Shown here: positions 50,256 to 60,155 of the stretch, piece after piece | Layout of the letters: the number at the start of each line of letters is the position of its first letter | Numbering within the stretch: position 1 is the first letter of the stretch | IMG/VR virus record: IMGVR_UViG_3300027743_000022 | Source of the DNA: an uncultured virus (IMG/VR IMGVR_UViG_3300027743_000022) | Lineage: Duplodnaviria > Heunggongvirae > Uroviricota > Caudoviricetes | Length of the DNA stretch: 64,000 bases | Strand: one strand, 5' to 3' | Notes under the pieces: model-generated | Told to the model about the DNA's origin: nothing | Database searches by the model: none | What the model saw: the letters and a program-made list of their open reading frames with translations, nothing else | Made by a program: the position numbers and the translations under genes

Positions 50256-50723
50256 TTAGAACTGAGGAATATTATTAGCTTCAATTACTTTCTTTACATG
50301 TTCTATTTCCATATTTGGATTATGAATCTCTCTATGGCAATTAGCACATAATAACATACATTTTGAAGCTTCTTCTAAAATCTCATCATCTTTCTTGTAC
50401 TTTAGATACTGTATCTTTATCTCAAACTTTTTTTCATAACCATCTTTATGATGAAAATCAAAAGCTGCTATATTTTTATCATAACCACACTTTTCACATT
50501 TACCTCCAAACAACTGAATAAGTTCTAACTTTTTCTGAATACCTTTCATGGTATATTTATTTAAACCAAACTCATTCTTAAATTGTTGATATTGCTTAGA
50601 AGCAGTTGCGTACTTATGCAAATCATGACATTTTTGAGAACAAAACACTTTATCTTTTCTCAACTTTCTATTACTATTAATAGCACTAAAAAGCATTCCA
50701 CAATGAAGACAATTCTTTTCCAT
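50256..50723 (-). CDS. HNH homing endonuclease
   Basis: CLHC..FCSQKC N-terminus; GGKCEKCGY..FDFHH..KC.LLCANCHREIH. Confidence 0.85.
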   Translation of the reverse strand: MEKNCLHCGMLFSAINSNRKLRKDKVFCSQKCHDLHKYATASKQYQQFKNEFGLNKYTMKGIQKKLELIQLFGGKCEKCGYDKNIAAFDFHHKDGYEKKFEIKIQYLKYKKDDEILEEASKCMLLCANCHREIHNPNMEIEHVKKVIEANNIPQF

Positions 50724-50726
50724 ACC

Positions 50727-52280
50727 TTAAAATTGTGGTATTTCTTCAATAAGTACTGTTCTGGACAAGTCTTCAATGAACACATCACATCTGTCTTTCA
50801 TCCAAATTTCATAACCAGGGAATTTATTAGCAGAAGACATACCTTGAGATTTTGCAAATCCTAAGTGGTGTCTAGTACCATCAATATAACCCCAAGTCAT
50901 AGAAGGAGCACCTTTCATACGTACCTCACGAATATTATTAACCATAGAACCATCAGACATTGGAGAAACATCAAACACGAAGAATACTGGTGTTGATTTT
51001 TTGTTTTGTCCAAACTCTAAGTTAGTTTGAGGTAAGTCAAGTTCTTTCAAGTGAATCAACTCAATTTTACCAGTTTCACGAGTGATCATAGAATCAAACG
51101 CAAAGTTGTAAGTAATATGTTGTCCTTCACCTTGCATAAATCTGTTTCCAGAGTCTGCTACAAGAACAAGACCTGAATTTAGAGCATCATTTTTAAGAGC
51201 TTGTTGGAATACATCAAATCCAGCTTCATTAGTGTACATTTTAACACGTCTGTCTTTCACATCCACACGTCTGTAGAATAAATCTCCAAACACACTTCTC
51301 AAAAGATTAGCACTAAACTCACCTCTGTTGTACTGAACTAAGTTACCATTATTACGCATTCTGTAGTATACACCAGCAGAAACACGTTTTACTTCTTGTC
51401 GGCTACCATTAGTTTTTACTGTACCTGGTTGAGCCCAGATCATACGTTTTACTTTTAGTTCCAACATTGACTTACGCATCCAGAATTCAATAAATGGTTC
51501 CCATTTAACATCATTACGAGTTAAAGGTAATTCACCACGTCTTTGAGGAGCATATACTAAGATGTCCAAAGCTTTACCACCAGAATCTTTCAACATTCTA
51601 TCATCTGCCCATTCTGTGATTTTGTGTTCATAACCATATGCAGAGCTTAAAGACTCAAACATAGTAATTTTTTCACCAAGTCTAGGTAAACCTAGCAAGT
51701 CTTGGTCAAATTCACCAATAGCAGCATCAACCAATTCAAGTTCGTTACCAACTTTCAAGAATTGAGAAGCAACAAAATCAACTTTAGGATTTGGAGAAAC
51801 GAGAGTAAAAGAATAAAGATAACCATTGTTCCATGGTAGTGGATCTTTAATCGCGTATAAACGAGGACCATATTGACGAGATCCTACTGAAACGATGGCA
51901 TTCTTAGAGAACTCGTTAGTGTCTAGCACTAATTGGAACTCTTGTCCATCAATACCAGGTTTAGCTAAAGCTGCAGTGGTGTCAGGGATGTCAATAATCT
52001 TAGGGAATTTGTATGGAACAGCTATGTCCCATTTCCAAGAATCACTGTTATTATCAATGTAAAACGGTGTACTCTTATTAATCATGTCCAGAAAATCATT
52101 GCTGTACAATGTACTCTGGGTGTAGAGACTAATGATTTTCTTATCATAGTCTGCAGGTTCTGTGGAGTGGAAGGATTCCAAGTGATTGGAGTCTGTTAAC
52201 TTACCTACTGCACGTTTGTCCATTGACGCCACCCTGGCGTAGGTAAACCCAACTAATCCTGGGATAGATTGTAGTGCCAT
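50727..52280 (-). CDS. Major capsid protein (crAss-type HK97 fold)
   Basis: 517 aa; crAss synteny (terL - portal - gene 77-like - MCP - 75/74/73); preceded by an A-rich leader. Confidence 0.9.
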   Translation of the reverse strand: MALQSIPGLVGFTYARVASMDKRAVGKLTDSNHLESFHSTEPADYDKKIISLYTQSTLYSNDFLDMINKSTPFYIDNNSDSWKWDIAVPYKFPKIIDIPDTTAALAKPGIDGQEFQLVLDTNEFSKNAIVSVGSRQYGPRLYAIKDPLPWNNGYLYSFTLVSPNPKVDFVASQFLKVGNELELVDAAIGEFDQDLLGLPRLGEKITMFESLSSAYGYEHKITEWADDRMLKDSGGKALDILVYAPQRRGELPLTRNDVKWEPFIEFWMRKSMLELKVKRMIWAQPGTVKTNGSRQEVKRVSAGVYYRMRNNGNLVQYNRGEFSANLLRSVFGDLFYRRVDVKDRRVKMYTNEAGFDVFQQALKNDALNSGLVLVADSGNRFMQGEGQHITYNFAFDSMITRETGKIELIHLKELDLPQTNLEFGQNKKSTPVFFVFDVSPMSDGSMVNNIREVRMKGAPSMTWGYIDGTRHHLGFAKSQGMSSANKFPGYEIWMKDRCDVFIEDLSRTVLIEEIPQF

Positions 52281-52312
52281 CTTATTCTAATTTTTGTTGT
52301 TATTACTAATTT

Positions 52313-53569
52313 TTATAAACCACCCCATTCTGGAGGGCTTAAGCTTCCTGTATTTTTAGATCCACCAGTAGTTCTGTCTTTTGTAACTTGTCTGGCAACC
52401 TCGCTAAATAAAGAATCAGTTTGTTTAGTAACACCAGCTTTTTGAATAGTGGAAAGAGTTGGATCTTTCTCTAGTACTTTTAAGAGTAGAGCTATCTTAA
52501 CTTTGGTTGCATGATTCTCTGGTCTTTTCAAATCTAGAATCATCTTATCAAAATCAGTTAGCGTATCTCCTGCAGCTGTCTTATACTTGTCGACTAAAAG
52601 GAACTCTTGTAGCTCACCTGCCAACTTAGTATTGATGGGAATACCATCAAACTGTTTCTCTTTTAGTTTTTCTTGTATAACAGATTGAACATTATTAATA
52701 AACAGATTTTTAACCTGTGCTTTCTGAGCTAATTCATATTGAGATCTTTGTTCAATCTCTTGTAATTTAGCTGCTTGCTTTTTTACTAATACTTTATGAT
52801 TTCTTGTAGCTACTGTTTCCAGATCACCATAATTCTTCAATCGTTCAATCTCTGTATCTATATCTTCTTTATCGTAACCTTGTTCTGTTAGTGCTGCTCT
52901 GACTACTGATTCTTGATTACTTTCAATAGTAAGATCCATTTCAGCATAATCTACAGCTGTATTATAAGCTGTAAAATATTCACGAGGGTCAACACCCTTA
53001 ACAAATATGGCATCAAAAGCTTGTTGATAATCTTCTCCAAACTGACCTATAAATTGGTTAACCATATCTATAGCTCCTCTTTGTTTCTCATCATTGAATC
53101 TTTCTAAGAAAGCTTCAGGAGTGGAAATATCAGGATCAGGATCATTTTCATCTTCAGTGAATACTCCTAATTTGAATAAATCCCTGGACAATGCTGTAAA
53201 TTGGTTACCCTGTGGAGCATCCTCTTCATTATCTTTAGTAATATTTGCTGCTTTTCCTGTAGTGATTACCTCTTCTTCATCATCATCTTCATGATTACCT
53301 AAGAAGTCATTAATAGTATTCTTGTTTTTTGGTTCTTCTCCTGGTTCAGGAGGTGTAAGATCTTTTCCTTTAAGAGGAAGAGTCTTAGGATCAGCTGGTG
53401 GTGCAGGTGGTTCAGCATCCTTAACAATAGGTGTGATGTCTGCAGGATCAGTTGAAGTCTCTGGAGACATAAGGTCATTCAGTAATTGGGCATTTCCTAA
53501 GCCCATTTCCATAGTATCTTTGATACTGAAATCACTGAATGCATCTTTATTAGTTTCTTCAGTTGCCAT
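52313..53569 (-). CDS. Acidic scaffold-like protein (crAss gene 77-like)
   Basis: Acidic Pro-rich N-terminus, helical C-terminus; immediately upstream of the MCP. Confidence 0.65.
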   Translation of the reverse strand: MATEETNKDAFSDFSIKDTMEMGLGNAQLLNDLMSPETSTDPADITPIVKDAEPPAPPADPKTLPLKGKDLTPPEPGEEPKNKNTINDFLGNHEDDDEEEVITTGKAANITKDNEEDAPQGNQFTALSRDLFKLGVFTEDENDPDPDISTPEAFLERFNDEKQRGAIDMVNQFIGQFGEDYQQAFDAIFVKGVDPREYFTAYNTAVDYAEMDLTIESNQESVVRAALTEQGYDKEDIDTEIERLKNYGDLETVATRNHKVLVKKQAAKLQEIEQRSQYELAQKAQVKNLFINNVQSVIQEKLKEKQFDGIPINTKLAGELQEFLLVDKYKTAAGDTLTDFDKMILDLKRPENHATKVKIALLLKVLEKDPTLSTIQKAGVTKQTDSLFSEVARQVTKDRTTGGSKNTGSLSPPEWGGL

Positions 53570-53597
53570 ATGTAGTTGTATTATTGGTTTATGAATG

Positions 53598-53605
53598 TAA
53601 AATTA
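53598..53605 (-). promoter_or_regulatory. Near-consensus -7 element (TAATTTTA) for the capsid operon
   Basis: Intergenic, ~28 nt upstream of ATG 53569; leader AACCAATAATACAACTACATATG resembles the leader of the 50082 gene. Confidence 0.4.
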
Positions 53606-53701
53606 TAAAGAGATTTACTCTTTACAAAGGATAATGGTACTCATTAGAATAATTTTTCCCATTTTATAGCATAAAGACAATCCATTTCTAACCAAAAAAG
53701 T

Positions 53702-54124
53702 TTATTTGCCAGGTTTGTTTTTGTTTCTAAGGTAATTAATAGCAGATTGAAGTCTATTTATATCTTCATTCATCAGACCTAAAGCAGTATTACAATTATT
53801 ACAAAGTAAACTTCTTACTTCTCCTGTTGAATGAGAATGATCTACTGCTAATCTTCTTTTAAACTCTGTTTGATGCCTATAACAGATTGCACAAAAGCCT
53901 TTCTGTTTTTCAAATAAAATATTATATTCTTCTAAAGAAATATTATATTTATTTTTTATATTTCTTTCCCTACTAACTATAGGATCATAATTTTCTTTAT
54001 ATTTATCTGCATTATAAATAGAGACACATACTTTACAATATGCTTTCCTTTGAAATTTACCATTTTTATCATAATTAAATTCATCTAATGGTTTTTCCAC
54101 ATGACATTTTGAACACCTCTTCAT
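53702..54124 (-). CDS. Endonuclease VII-family (His-Me finger) homing endonuclease
   Basis: CSKC..KPLDEF..CKVC; KYNISLEEY..Q.G.CAIC; LAVDHSHSTGEVRSLLCNNCNTALG. Confidence 0.85.
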   Translation of the reverse strand: MKRCSKCHVEKPLDEFNYDKNGKFQRKAYCKVCVSIYNADKYKENYDPIVSRERNIKNKYNISLEEYNILFEKQKGFCAICYRHQTEFKRRLAVDHSHSTGEVRSLLCNNCNTALGLMNEDINRLQSAINYLRNKNKPGK

Positions 54125-54127
54125 AGC

Positions 54128-56713
54128 TTATTTTTTAGGATTATTACGATTTCGAGCATTAATTTTAGCTATTTCAAGGTCATTTTTCTGATTATCTCTT
54201 TCTACATCAAGTTTTTCTCTTTCTATATCAAATTTTCTATTATCTATTTGTTGTTTAGAATTTATACCAGCCATTTTAGTTTCAAAATCTCTAGTAACTC
54301 TCATTTCTTCATTAGCCATATTGGTAATTTCTAAAGCATCAGCTACTCCTGACTGGTCAACATCCGCAGTAGCCTCTGGATTTCTTGAAAGGGCTTGAAT
54401 GACAGCAATTTCTTTTTTATTGATTCTATCCAACTCGTTTTCATGATTTTGATTAAGTATTTCTTGTTCTCTAGCTTGTCTGGCTTGTTCCATCTGAGCC
54501 TGAGCAATTTGTCCTTGTTGTTCAACTTTTTGTTGTTCAGTTTGCTGAGCTTGTTGTTGCATAGCATCTTGTTTATCACGTAAATCTTTGAAAACTTTTT
54601 TCATTGCTCTCATTGATTTATTTGAATAAAGTTCTATAATATCATATACACTACCTCCATTTTGGATAATAGCCTGACTTAACTGTCTAAGCTCATTAAA
54701 CATTTTAGTATCTTCAGGTCTATTAGTTGGGAATATTTTTAAATCTCTAAATTTAATATCATTTCCAGTAACAGTAATAAAAGCAGCTTCTCCTTCTGCA
54801 GTAATATAAGATATATTGGATTCAGGTTTACTAGATTCAATATATTGAGAAGCATCTATGATAGCTTGATATAAATGTCCTAAGACATATTCATGTGCTA
54901 CAAACAAAGGTTCTGTTTGTGTATAACTTTGTTGTACCTCTGTGTTTGTCCCTGTAGCAGTAGCAGAAGCAGCTACATTTCCCATTCTTGATTTAGACAT
55001 ACCAATTAACTCCCAACATTCATTCTTCATTTGTACAGCCAGATTATATCTGGTTTGAATCTCTTGAGTTCTAGTAAGGTCTAAAGCTGTAAATTGATTG
55101 AAGCTACTTGGAGCTTTAAGATTTTCAGGACTATCATCCACAAATACAACACCTCTACGTCTTGCTTCCATTTCCCAAACATCAAGAGCATCTTGTGCAT
55201 CCCCATCTTTAGGAATTGGTACATGACGAAGTGACATTAATTGTACCTTACCTATTTCCTTACCTAATATCTCAAATAGTTGATTCATACAAACATTATA
55301 GATAACCTGGAAAGGTTTCATCATGTCTAGTAAGGATCTAGACTCTGTATTTTTAATTTCATGTATTGTTCCTATGATAGGACAATAATTCAATAATTTG
55401 AATGGTTTTACAAAGTAAATATCAGGTCCTACTTTAATTCCCTGATACCATTCATTAATCCATCCCCATTCTAAACTCACCTGAGTAGGAAGTATTCCTG
55501 ACTTGTAATTCTCATCAACTAACATTGACTGCAGTTCATCAAACTTATCTCTATAAACTACTTTACCTATTTTTCTTTTAGATATCCAGTATGCTCTAAC
55601 TACAACATATTTATACCCAAATGCACTAACATTATTAGTTAGTCCTAAGAAGTCTCTAAGTCCATCATTATTCTCTTTAAGCTCAGACTCAATAATCATC
55701 CTTGTCTGAAGGACTAAAGGGTCATAAGCATCATACATAATAGACTCTTGTCCTGGTATTGCATTGGGATTTCCCAAGTTCGATTCTCTAACATTAATAA
55801 GCCCATAATCTTGTAAGCTACTTCTAAGGTGGTCAATTTCTTCTTTAGTTAAGTCTGGAATACTCTCTATAATCTCTGAAAGTTCCATTACTTGTACAGT
55901 TCCTGCTGCATAAGCTCCTTGAGCTCTACCACTTGGATCTGATATATATTTTCTGTCTGGTGTGGTTAAATACCATGTATTTTTAGGATTTGCTACTTCA
56001 ATATTGTATCCCACCTTAGAATTATCTTCATAAATATGGTAAAATTCTCTATTAGAAATACATAAATCTCGAAAAGCATCTTCTGATTTCTCTTTAGTAT
56101 TAAAGTCTGCTTGTTGACAGGTGAGAACGTGATTAGCCCACTTTTCCCCTATAGAAGTATAATCTGTCAACTGCTCTTGTACTTGCTCCATGGACATCTG
56201 TTCTGCTTCCTCAGGTTCAAGTTCTATCCCTTCCATTGCAGCTTTCTCAAGTATCTTTTTCTTTGCTTGGGACATTATATAGTCCTGTAACATTTGAGTT
56301 TTATATTGTAACTCTTCAGCTTTAGATTCATCATCAAAAGCTTTTATTCTATATGTATCAGGTCTTTTTGTTAACTCTCCTACTAATTCATTTATTGGTG
56401 TAGTTACTATAGAATAGTTCTTTACATACTTAGGCAAAGCCATATCTTTTTCAAGCATATCTGTAAAGCTCTTTACTTCAGGTTCCTGATAGAAATCTTC
56501 TACCCTAAGGATACCTTTAATAAGGTCATAGTTTCCCACAAAAGTTTCTCTGTTCTTAATATATTCTGAGTATGCTTTGTTGGCAAAGTAATCCATTGTA
56601 TTCTTTATCCAACTTTCGTCAGCTTTTTCCTTTTCAGTCTTAAACTGATCTGGGAATATATTAAGATAGGCATACCTAATGGTAGCATCCTTGGTATATC
56701 TGATAATTGCCAT
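54128..56713 (-). CDS. Portal protein
   Basis: 861 aa directly after terL; WGWINEWY.G.K.G, MKPFQ..YN, Q-rich C-terminal helix. Confidence 0.9.
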   Translation of the reverse strand: MAIIRYTKDATIRYAYLNIFPDQFKTEKEKADESWIKNTMDYFANKAYSEYIKNRETFVGNYDLIKGILRVEDFYQEPEVKSFTDMLEKDMALPKYVKNYSIVTTPINELVGELTKRPDTYRIKAFDDESKAEELQYKTQMLQDYIMSQAKKKILEKAAMEGIELEPEEAEQMSMEQVQEQLTDYTSIGEKWANHVLTCQQADFNTKEKSEDAFRDLCISNREFYHIYEDNSKVGYNIEVANPKNTWYLTTPDRKYISDPSGRAQGAYAAGTVQVMELSEIIESIPDLTKEEIDHLRSSLQDYGLINVRESNLGNPNAIPGQESIMYDAYDPLVLQTRMIIESELKENNDGLRDFLGLTNNVSAFGYKYVVVRAYWISKRKIGKVVYRDKFDELQSMLVDENYKSGILPTQVSLEWGWINEWYQGIKVGPDIYFVKPFKLLNYCPIIGTIHEIKNTESRSLLDMMKPFQVIYNVCMNQLFEILGKEIGKVQLMSLRHVPIPKDGDAQDALDVWEMEARRRGVVFVDDSPENLKAPSSFNQFTALDLTRTQEIQTRYNLAVQMKNECWELIGMSKSRMGNVAASATATGTNTEVQQSYTQTEPLFVAHEYVLGHLYQAIIDASQYIESSKPESNISYITAEGEAAFITVTGNDIKFRDLKIFPTNRPEDTKMFNELRQLSQAIIQNGGSVYDIIELYSNKSMRAMKKVFKDLRDKQDAMQQQAQQTEQQKVEQQGQIAQAQMEQARQAREQEILNQNHENELDRINKKEIAVIQALSRNPEATADVDQSGVADALEITNMANEEMRVTRDFETKMAGINSKQQIDNRKFDIEREKLDVERDNQKNDLEIAKINARNRNNPKK

Positions 56714-56716
56714 TGC

Positions 56717-58741
56717 TTAAAACATTTTTCTATTATTATTTGTGAACATTGGCCTAGCACTAAACAACTTCTTATTAGGCTTCTGTGCATACATAGCTTG
56801 TACTCTAACATCTTTCTCTCCACCAATTGCTCCCATTATAGGATCAAGTTTCATAGCTAAGGCTATTGCTAACTCTGCAGCTATTATTCTATCAAAGTTT
56901 CCTTCTTCATTATAAGCCATCATCTCATCGAGTAACATAGGATCAAATATCTTAGTCATACCTTTTAATTCAGTTTTTACTACTCCTGAATCATCTTTTT
57001 CTCTATGAATAATCTCTTCTGTATATTTCTTCAAACAACCATGCAAAAATAACCTAATTTTCTCAGCTGACCTATGTATTCCATAATCTCTTCTAACAGT
57101 TGTATTAGGAACAATCTCTTGTAACCATAAAGGCTGTCTTTCCAAGTATTGACTATCTCCTTTTGCAATCATATAGTCAATAAATGATATTTCATCATTT
57201 TCACATAAAGTTCTTGCATTATAAAACTTAATCAACAATCTAGCCTGCTCTTCCCAAGTAGTTTTGTTATCAGGTCTTGCACAATAGCTAGCTACAAACA
57301 TATCCTGATATTGTTCCCCACTAATAGAAGACATTCTCTTATAAATGTAAACAGATCCTAAGGAACTACTATAAGCAGCTTTACCTTGTCTGTAGGGGTC
57401 AACTCCTGCAACATATAATCCATATGGAGGATCCTTTACAGGAAATTCATATATCATAACAGGAGCATCCTTATTATCATCCTTCTTCACTGGAAAGTTG
57501 GTGATTGGCTGTTTATCTGTAAACTCATGTTTCACTCCACTTCCATCGTCATACAACACAACAGGTGTTCCTGTGTGCCCGACTTCTGACAGCCTATGTT
57601 TTTGTCTCTTGGCACCTTCAATGTCAAAAATATTTTCCCCTGCTGAAAGAAAACATTCCTCCACCGTAAGCGGAAAGTACATTATCTGTTTTAAATATAT
57701 AGTTCTATCAGGATTAAGTTTAGCTGCTATTCTTTCATTTATAATAGTATTCTCAGCTAACACCTTATCAGATACACTTATCTCTATTTTACTTAACTCT
57801 GTAGTGTTCTCAGGTGTAATTCCATACTCTTCTGCTAACCAAACATCAAGTGTTGTAGTATACTTGCAATCCTGTCTATACAATCCAGAGAGGAATAAGC
57901 CAGTTTTCTTCCCTGTAATTTTATCAACAACAGCTCTAAATTGGTTGGCTTCTGGATTATAAAAGAAATTCTCAGCATCTTGCCCTCTGTCAAATGCACC
58001 ACCTGTACCAACTAATATTGGAACAGCTCTCCATCCATATTTACCTTTGAACGCAGGTTCTGCTGCTTTAAATGTTGCTGAGAAAGGATATTTCCCAACC
58101 TCATCCATAATAAAACTTTTAGCTGTTGTTCCAGCTGCAACCTCTGTTACATTACCATCCTTAGCATTTCTAATTACAATATAACTCCAAACAGCATCTT
58201 CTCCATCAGGTCTTTTATAACCAAGTCTAATCTGATTTGATCTCCATGTTTTATCTAGTCTGGGAATAGCAATACCTTCCCATAAATTCTTCAATCCAAA
58301 GTCTACCTTATCTTTCAACAACCCAAGGTCATAATCATTACCACACACAATAACATTCTGTGTATTCTCAAACAGTGTAGCATTCATTCCAAAGTAAGAT
58401 GCTTCCATCTCAGACTTTCCTCCTTGTCTACCACCTATCTCCATATAACCCTGTTGGTCAACTCTACACCCTTCTAAGAATTCAGCTCTTATCCATTCAT
58501 TATCTCTTAATTCTGGTCTCTGGGTCACCCTAATATCATTCCCAAATTTATCCTTCTCATCAACTCTAATCCACCAATGATTCAAATGCCAATATAACCA
58601 TCCTGATATAAACACACCATTGATGTTTACACCACCTTTAATCTTCTCTTCTTCCCAGTTAATTAACTGTTCAAACTCTCTTGTACCAGGAGGAGGTAAA
58701 GATTTCATATTCCTGAAGAACTCTGAAGTTTTAATTTCCAT
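56717..58741 (-). CDS. terL: Terminase large subunit
   Basis: Walker A-like GGRQGGKS, Walker B FIMDEVGK, coupling motif GTGG, nuclease motifs VAGVDPY and NFDRI. Confidence 0.95.
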   Translation of the reverse strand: MEIKTSEFFRNMKSLPPPGTREFEQLINWEEEKIKGGVNINGVFISGWLYWHLNHWWIRVDEKDKFGNDIRVTQRPELRDNEWIRAEFLEGCRVDQQGYMEIGGRQGGKSEMEASYFGMNATLFENTQNVIVCGNDYDLGLLKDKVDFGLKNLWEGIAIPRLDKTWRSNQIRLGYKRPDGEDAVWSYIVIRNAKDGNVTEVAAGTTAKSFIMDEVGKYPFSATFKAAEPAFKGKYGWRAVPILVGTGGAFDRGQDAENFFYNPEANQFRAVVDKITGKKTGLFLSGLYRQDCKYTTTLDVWLAEEYGITPENTTELSKIEISVSDKVLAENTIINERIAAKLNPDRTIYLKQIMYFPLTVEECFLSAGENIFDIEGAKRQKHRLSEVGHTGTPVVLYDDGSGVKHEFTDKQPITNFPVKKDDNKDAPVMIYEFPVKDPPYGLYVAGVDPYRQGKAAYSSSLGSVYIYKRMSSISGEQYQDMFVASYCARPDNKTTWEEQARLLIKFYNARTLCENDEISFIDYMIAKGDSQYLERQPLWLQEIVPNTTVRRDYGIHRSAEKIRLFLHGCLKKYTEEIIHREKDDSGVVKTELKGMTKIFDPMLLDEMMAYNEEGNFDRIIAAELAIALAMKLDPIMGAIGGEKDVRVQAMYAQKPNKKLFSARPMFTNNNRKMF

Positions 58742-59060
58742 AATCTCCCTTATTTTGCATTCTATGAGGAACTGTAGCAGAACCTCTAGCTTCTTTCTTA
58801 CTATCTTCCTTCTCTCTCAACTTCTCAACCACTTCAAGAAGAGCTAAATAATTCTTCATTGTCTCCTGAATAAACTTCCCTTGAGCTTCTATGCTTGCTA
58901 TCACCATTGGTAATAAACCACCTTTAGCTGTAGGTTTCCATTCAATCCTATCCTTCAACTCATGCAAAGGATGAGCATCAATATAAGCTTTCCATGTTTG
59001 TAGTTGTTCCTCAGCCCATACGAGCTCAGTGTTGATAAACGTACCTTTTGTCGTAGCCAT
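58731..59060 (-). CDS. Hypothetical protein, candidate terminase small subunit
   Basis: ~110 aa, helical, basic C-terminus (KKEARGS), overlaps the terL start. Confidence 0.45.
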   Translation of the reverse strand: MATTKGTFINTELVWAEEQLQTWKAYIDAHPLHELKDRIEWKPTAKGGLLPMVIASIEAQGKFIQETMKNYLALLEVVEKLREKEDSKKEARGSATVPHRMQNKGDYGN

Positions 59061-59062
59061 AA

Positions 59063-59248
59063 TCATTCATCTTTTAATTCCCTAATAAGTATAACATCCA
59101 AAGAGATCAGATTCTTTAAATCCTTAATCCTCTCCCTCATATCCTCCAATCTCCTTTCATACATAAGCATAGAATACTCCAAGGATTTAATTTCTGTCAT
59201 CCTTGAAGCTATACTCTGCAAAAGCTCTTGTTTTGAAGGATTTTCCAT
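59063..59248 (-). CDS. Small coiled-coil hypothetical protein
   Basis: 61-aa ORF tightly packed in the operon. Confidence 0.55.
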   Translation of the reverse strand: MENPSKQELLQSIASRMTEIKSLEYSMLMYERRLEDMRERIKDLKNLISLDVILIRELKDE

Positions 59249-59249
59249 A

Positions 59250-59549
59250 TTACACTAATCCATTTATATCATCATCTGATAGCTTACTATCTTCATCTTC
59301 ATCTTCATAATCATCATCATCAACATCCTCTCTATTCAACTCTCTATGCTTATCCTTATACTCAGGATTCACATATTCATCCCTAGTATGTATAAGCAAC
59401 TTATCCTGACCTGGTGTACTATTATCAGAGCTCAAGTCAACATAATCAACCCCACTCTCATAAAGTTCCATAAGAAGAGTTAACAACCTATCCAACTCAA
59501 TTTTCTGTATCTTAAATACTCGTTTCATCATTAATAGTTTTTTGTTCAT
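59250..59549 (-). CDS. Hypothetical protein with acidic C-terminus (real start probably 59528 or 59531)
   Basis: LYESGVDYVD core; D/E-rich tail ending KLSDDDINGLV. Confidence 0.6.
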   Translation of the reverse strand: MNKKLLMMKRVFKIQKIELDRLLTLLMELYESGVDYVDLSSDNSTPGQDKLLIHTRDEYVNPEYKDKHRELNREDVDDDDYEDEDEDSKLSDDDINGLV

Positions 59550-59808
59550 CTGAAGTTATCTCTGGACCCCACTTATCTTCAGGACACTTACACGTTAAAC
59601 ACTTAGTCTTTGCACTTAATGTACACCCACATGCTGTACAATGCTCATCAATCCTAAGCGAATGATAATTCTTCCTATTAACAGAATTAAGAGGACACTC
59701 CCTACATATCATCATTCTCTCACTGGAAACCTTATCTATCACCTCCTTCATATACTCATCAGGAGATAAATGATTCTTCCACCCCTCAAATATCTGACTT
59801 AAACTCAT
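59512..59808 (-). CDS. Cys-rich Zn-binding protein typical of the crAss terminase region
   Basis: R..IC..CP, HC..CGC.L.AKT.C..C.CP..KW. Confidence 0.7.
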   Translation of the reverse strand: MSLSQIFEGWKNHLSPDEYMKEVIDKVSSERMMICRECPLNSVNRKNYHSLRIDEHCTACGCTLSAKTKCLTCKCPEDKWGPEITSDEQKTINDETSI

Positions 59809-60155
59809 CTCAACTTTGGTTTTAAATGTTCTATATTCTTATTCAACGTAGCAATTTTCATCTCAATATTCCTTCTCCCCTCTTCACCATCCAGGGACAG
59901 CAGCTGTTGTTCAAGGATGTTTTTAACCAGCAAATATTTATCCATAGTCTTCTGAGCCTTAACTCTAAGAAATATTAACTTCCCAAATCCAGAAAACTCT
60001 ATAGAATTAGATAAGCTAGTTTGCTTAAGAGCTTCTGTAAACTGTTCATTTACAATTATCTCTACTGTCCTTTCAGGAGTTAACAGCTTCTGGCTTACCT
60101 TCTTTATTAACCATTCCTTCAGAGGCATACTTGAGGGTTTCTCGTTTGGATCCAT
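59805..60155 (-). CDS. IHF/HU-like protein
   Basis: Helical N-terminus followed by SIEFSGFGKL, the HU/IHF signature. Confidence 0.6.
   Translation of the reverse strand: MDPNEKPSSMPLKEWLIKKVSQKLLTPERTVEIIVNEQFTEALKQTSLSNSIEFSGFGKLIFLRVKAQKTMDKYLLVKNILEQQLLSLDGEEGRRNIEMKIATLNKNIEHLKPKLR

Noticed and set aside
50256..54124. Group I intron or intein explanation for the endonucleases beside the MCP and portal
   Set aside because: The ORFs start 3 nt after intact stops, leaving no room for a ribozyme core, and I see no intein splice-junction motifs in terL, portal or MCP
21695..56826. Same-strand alternative-frame ORFs (21695-21886, 26746-26931, 54343-54579, 56605-56826)
   Set aside because: Nested within well-supported genes; no coding signal or motif
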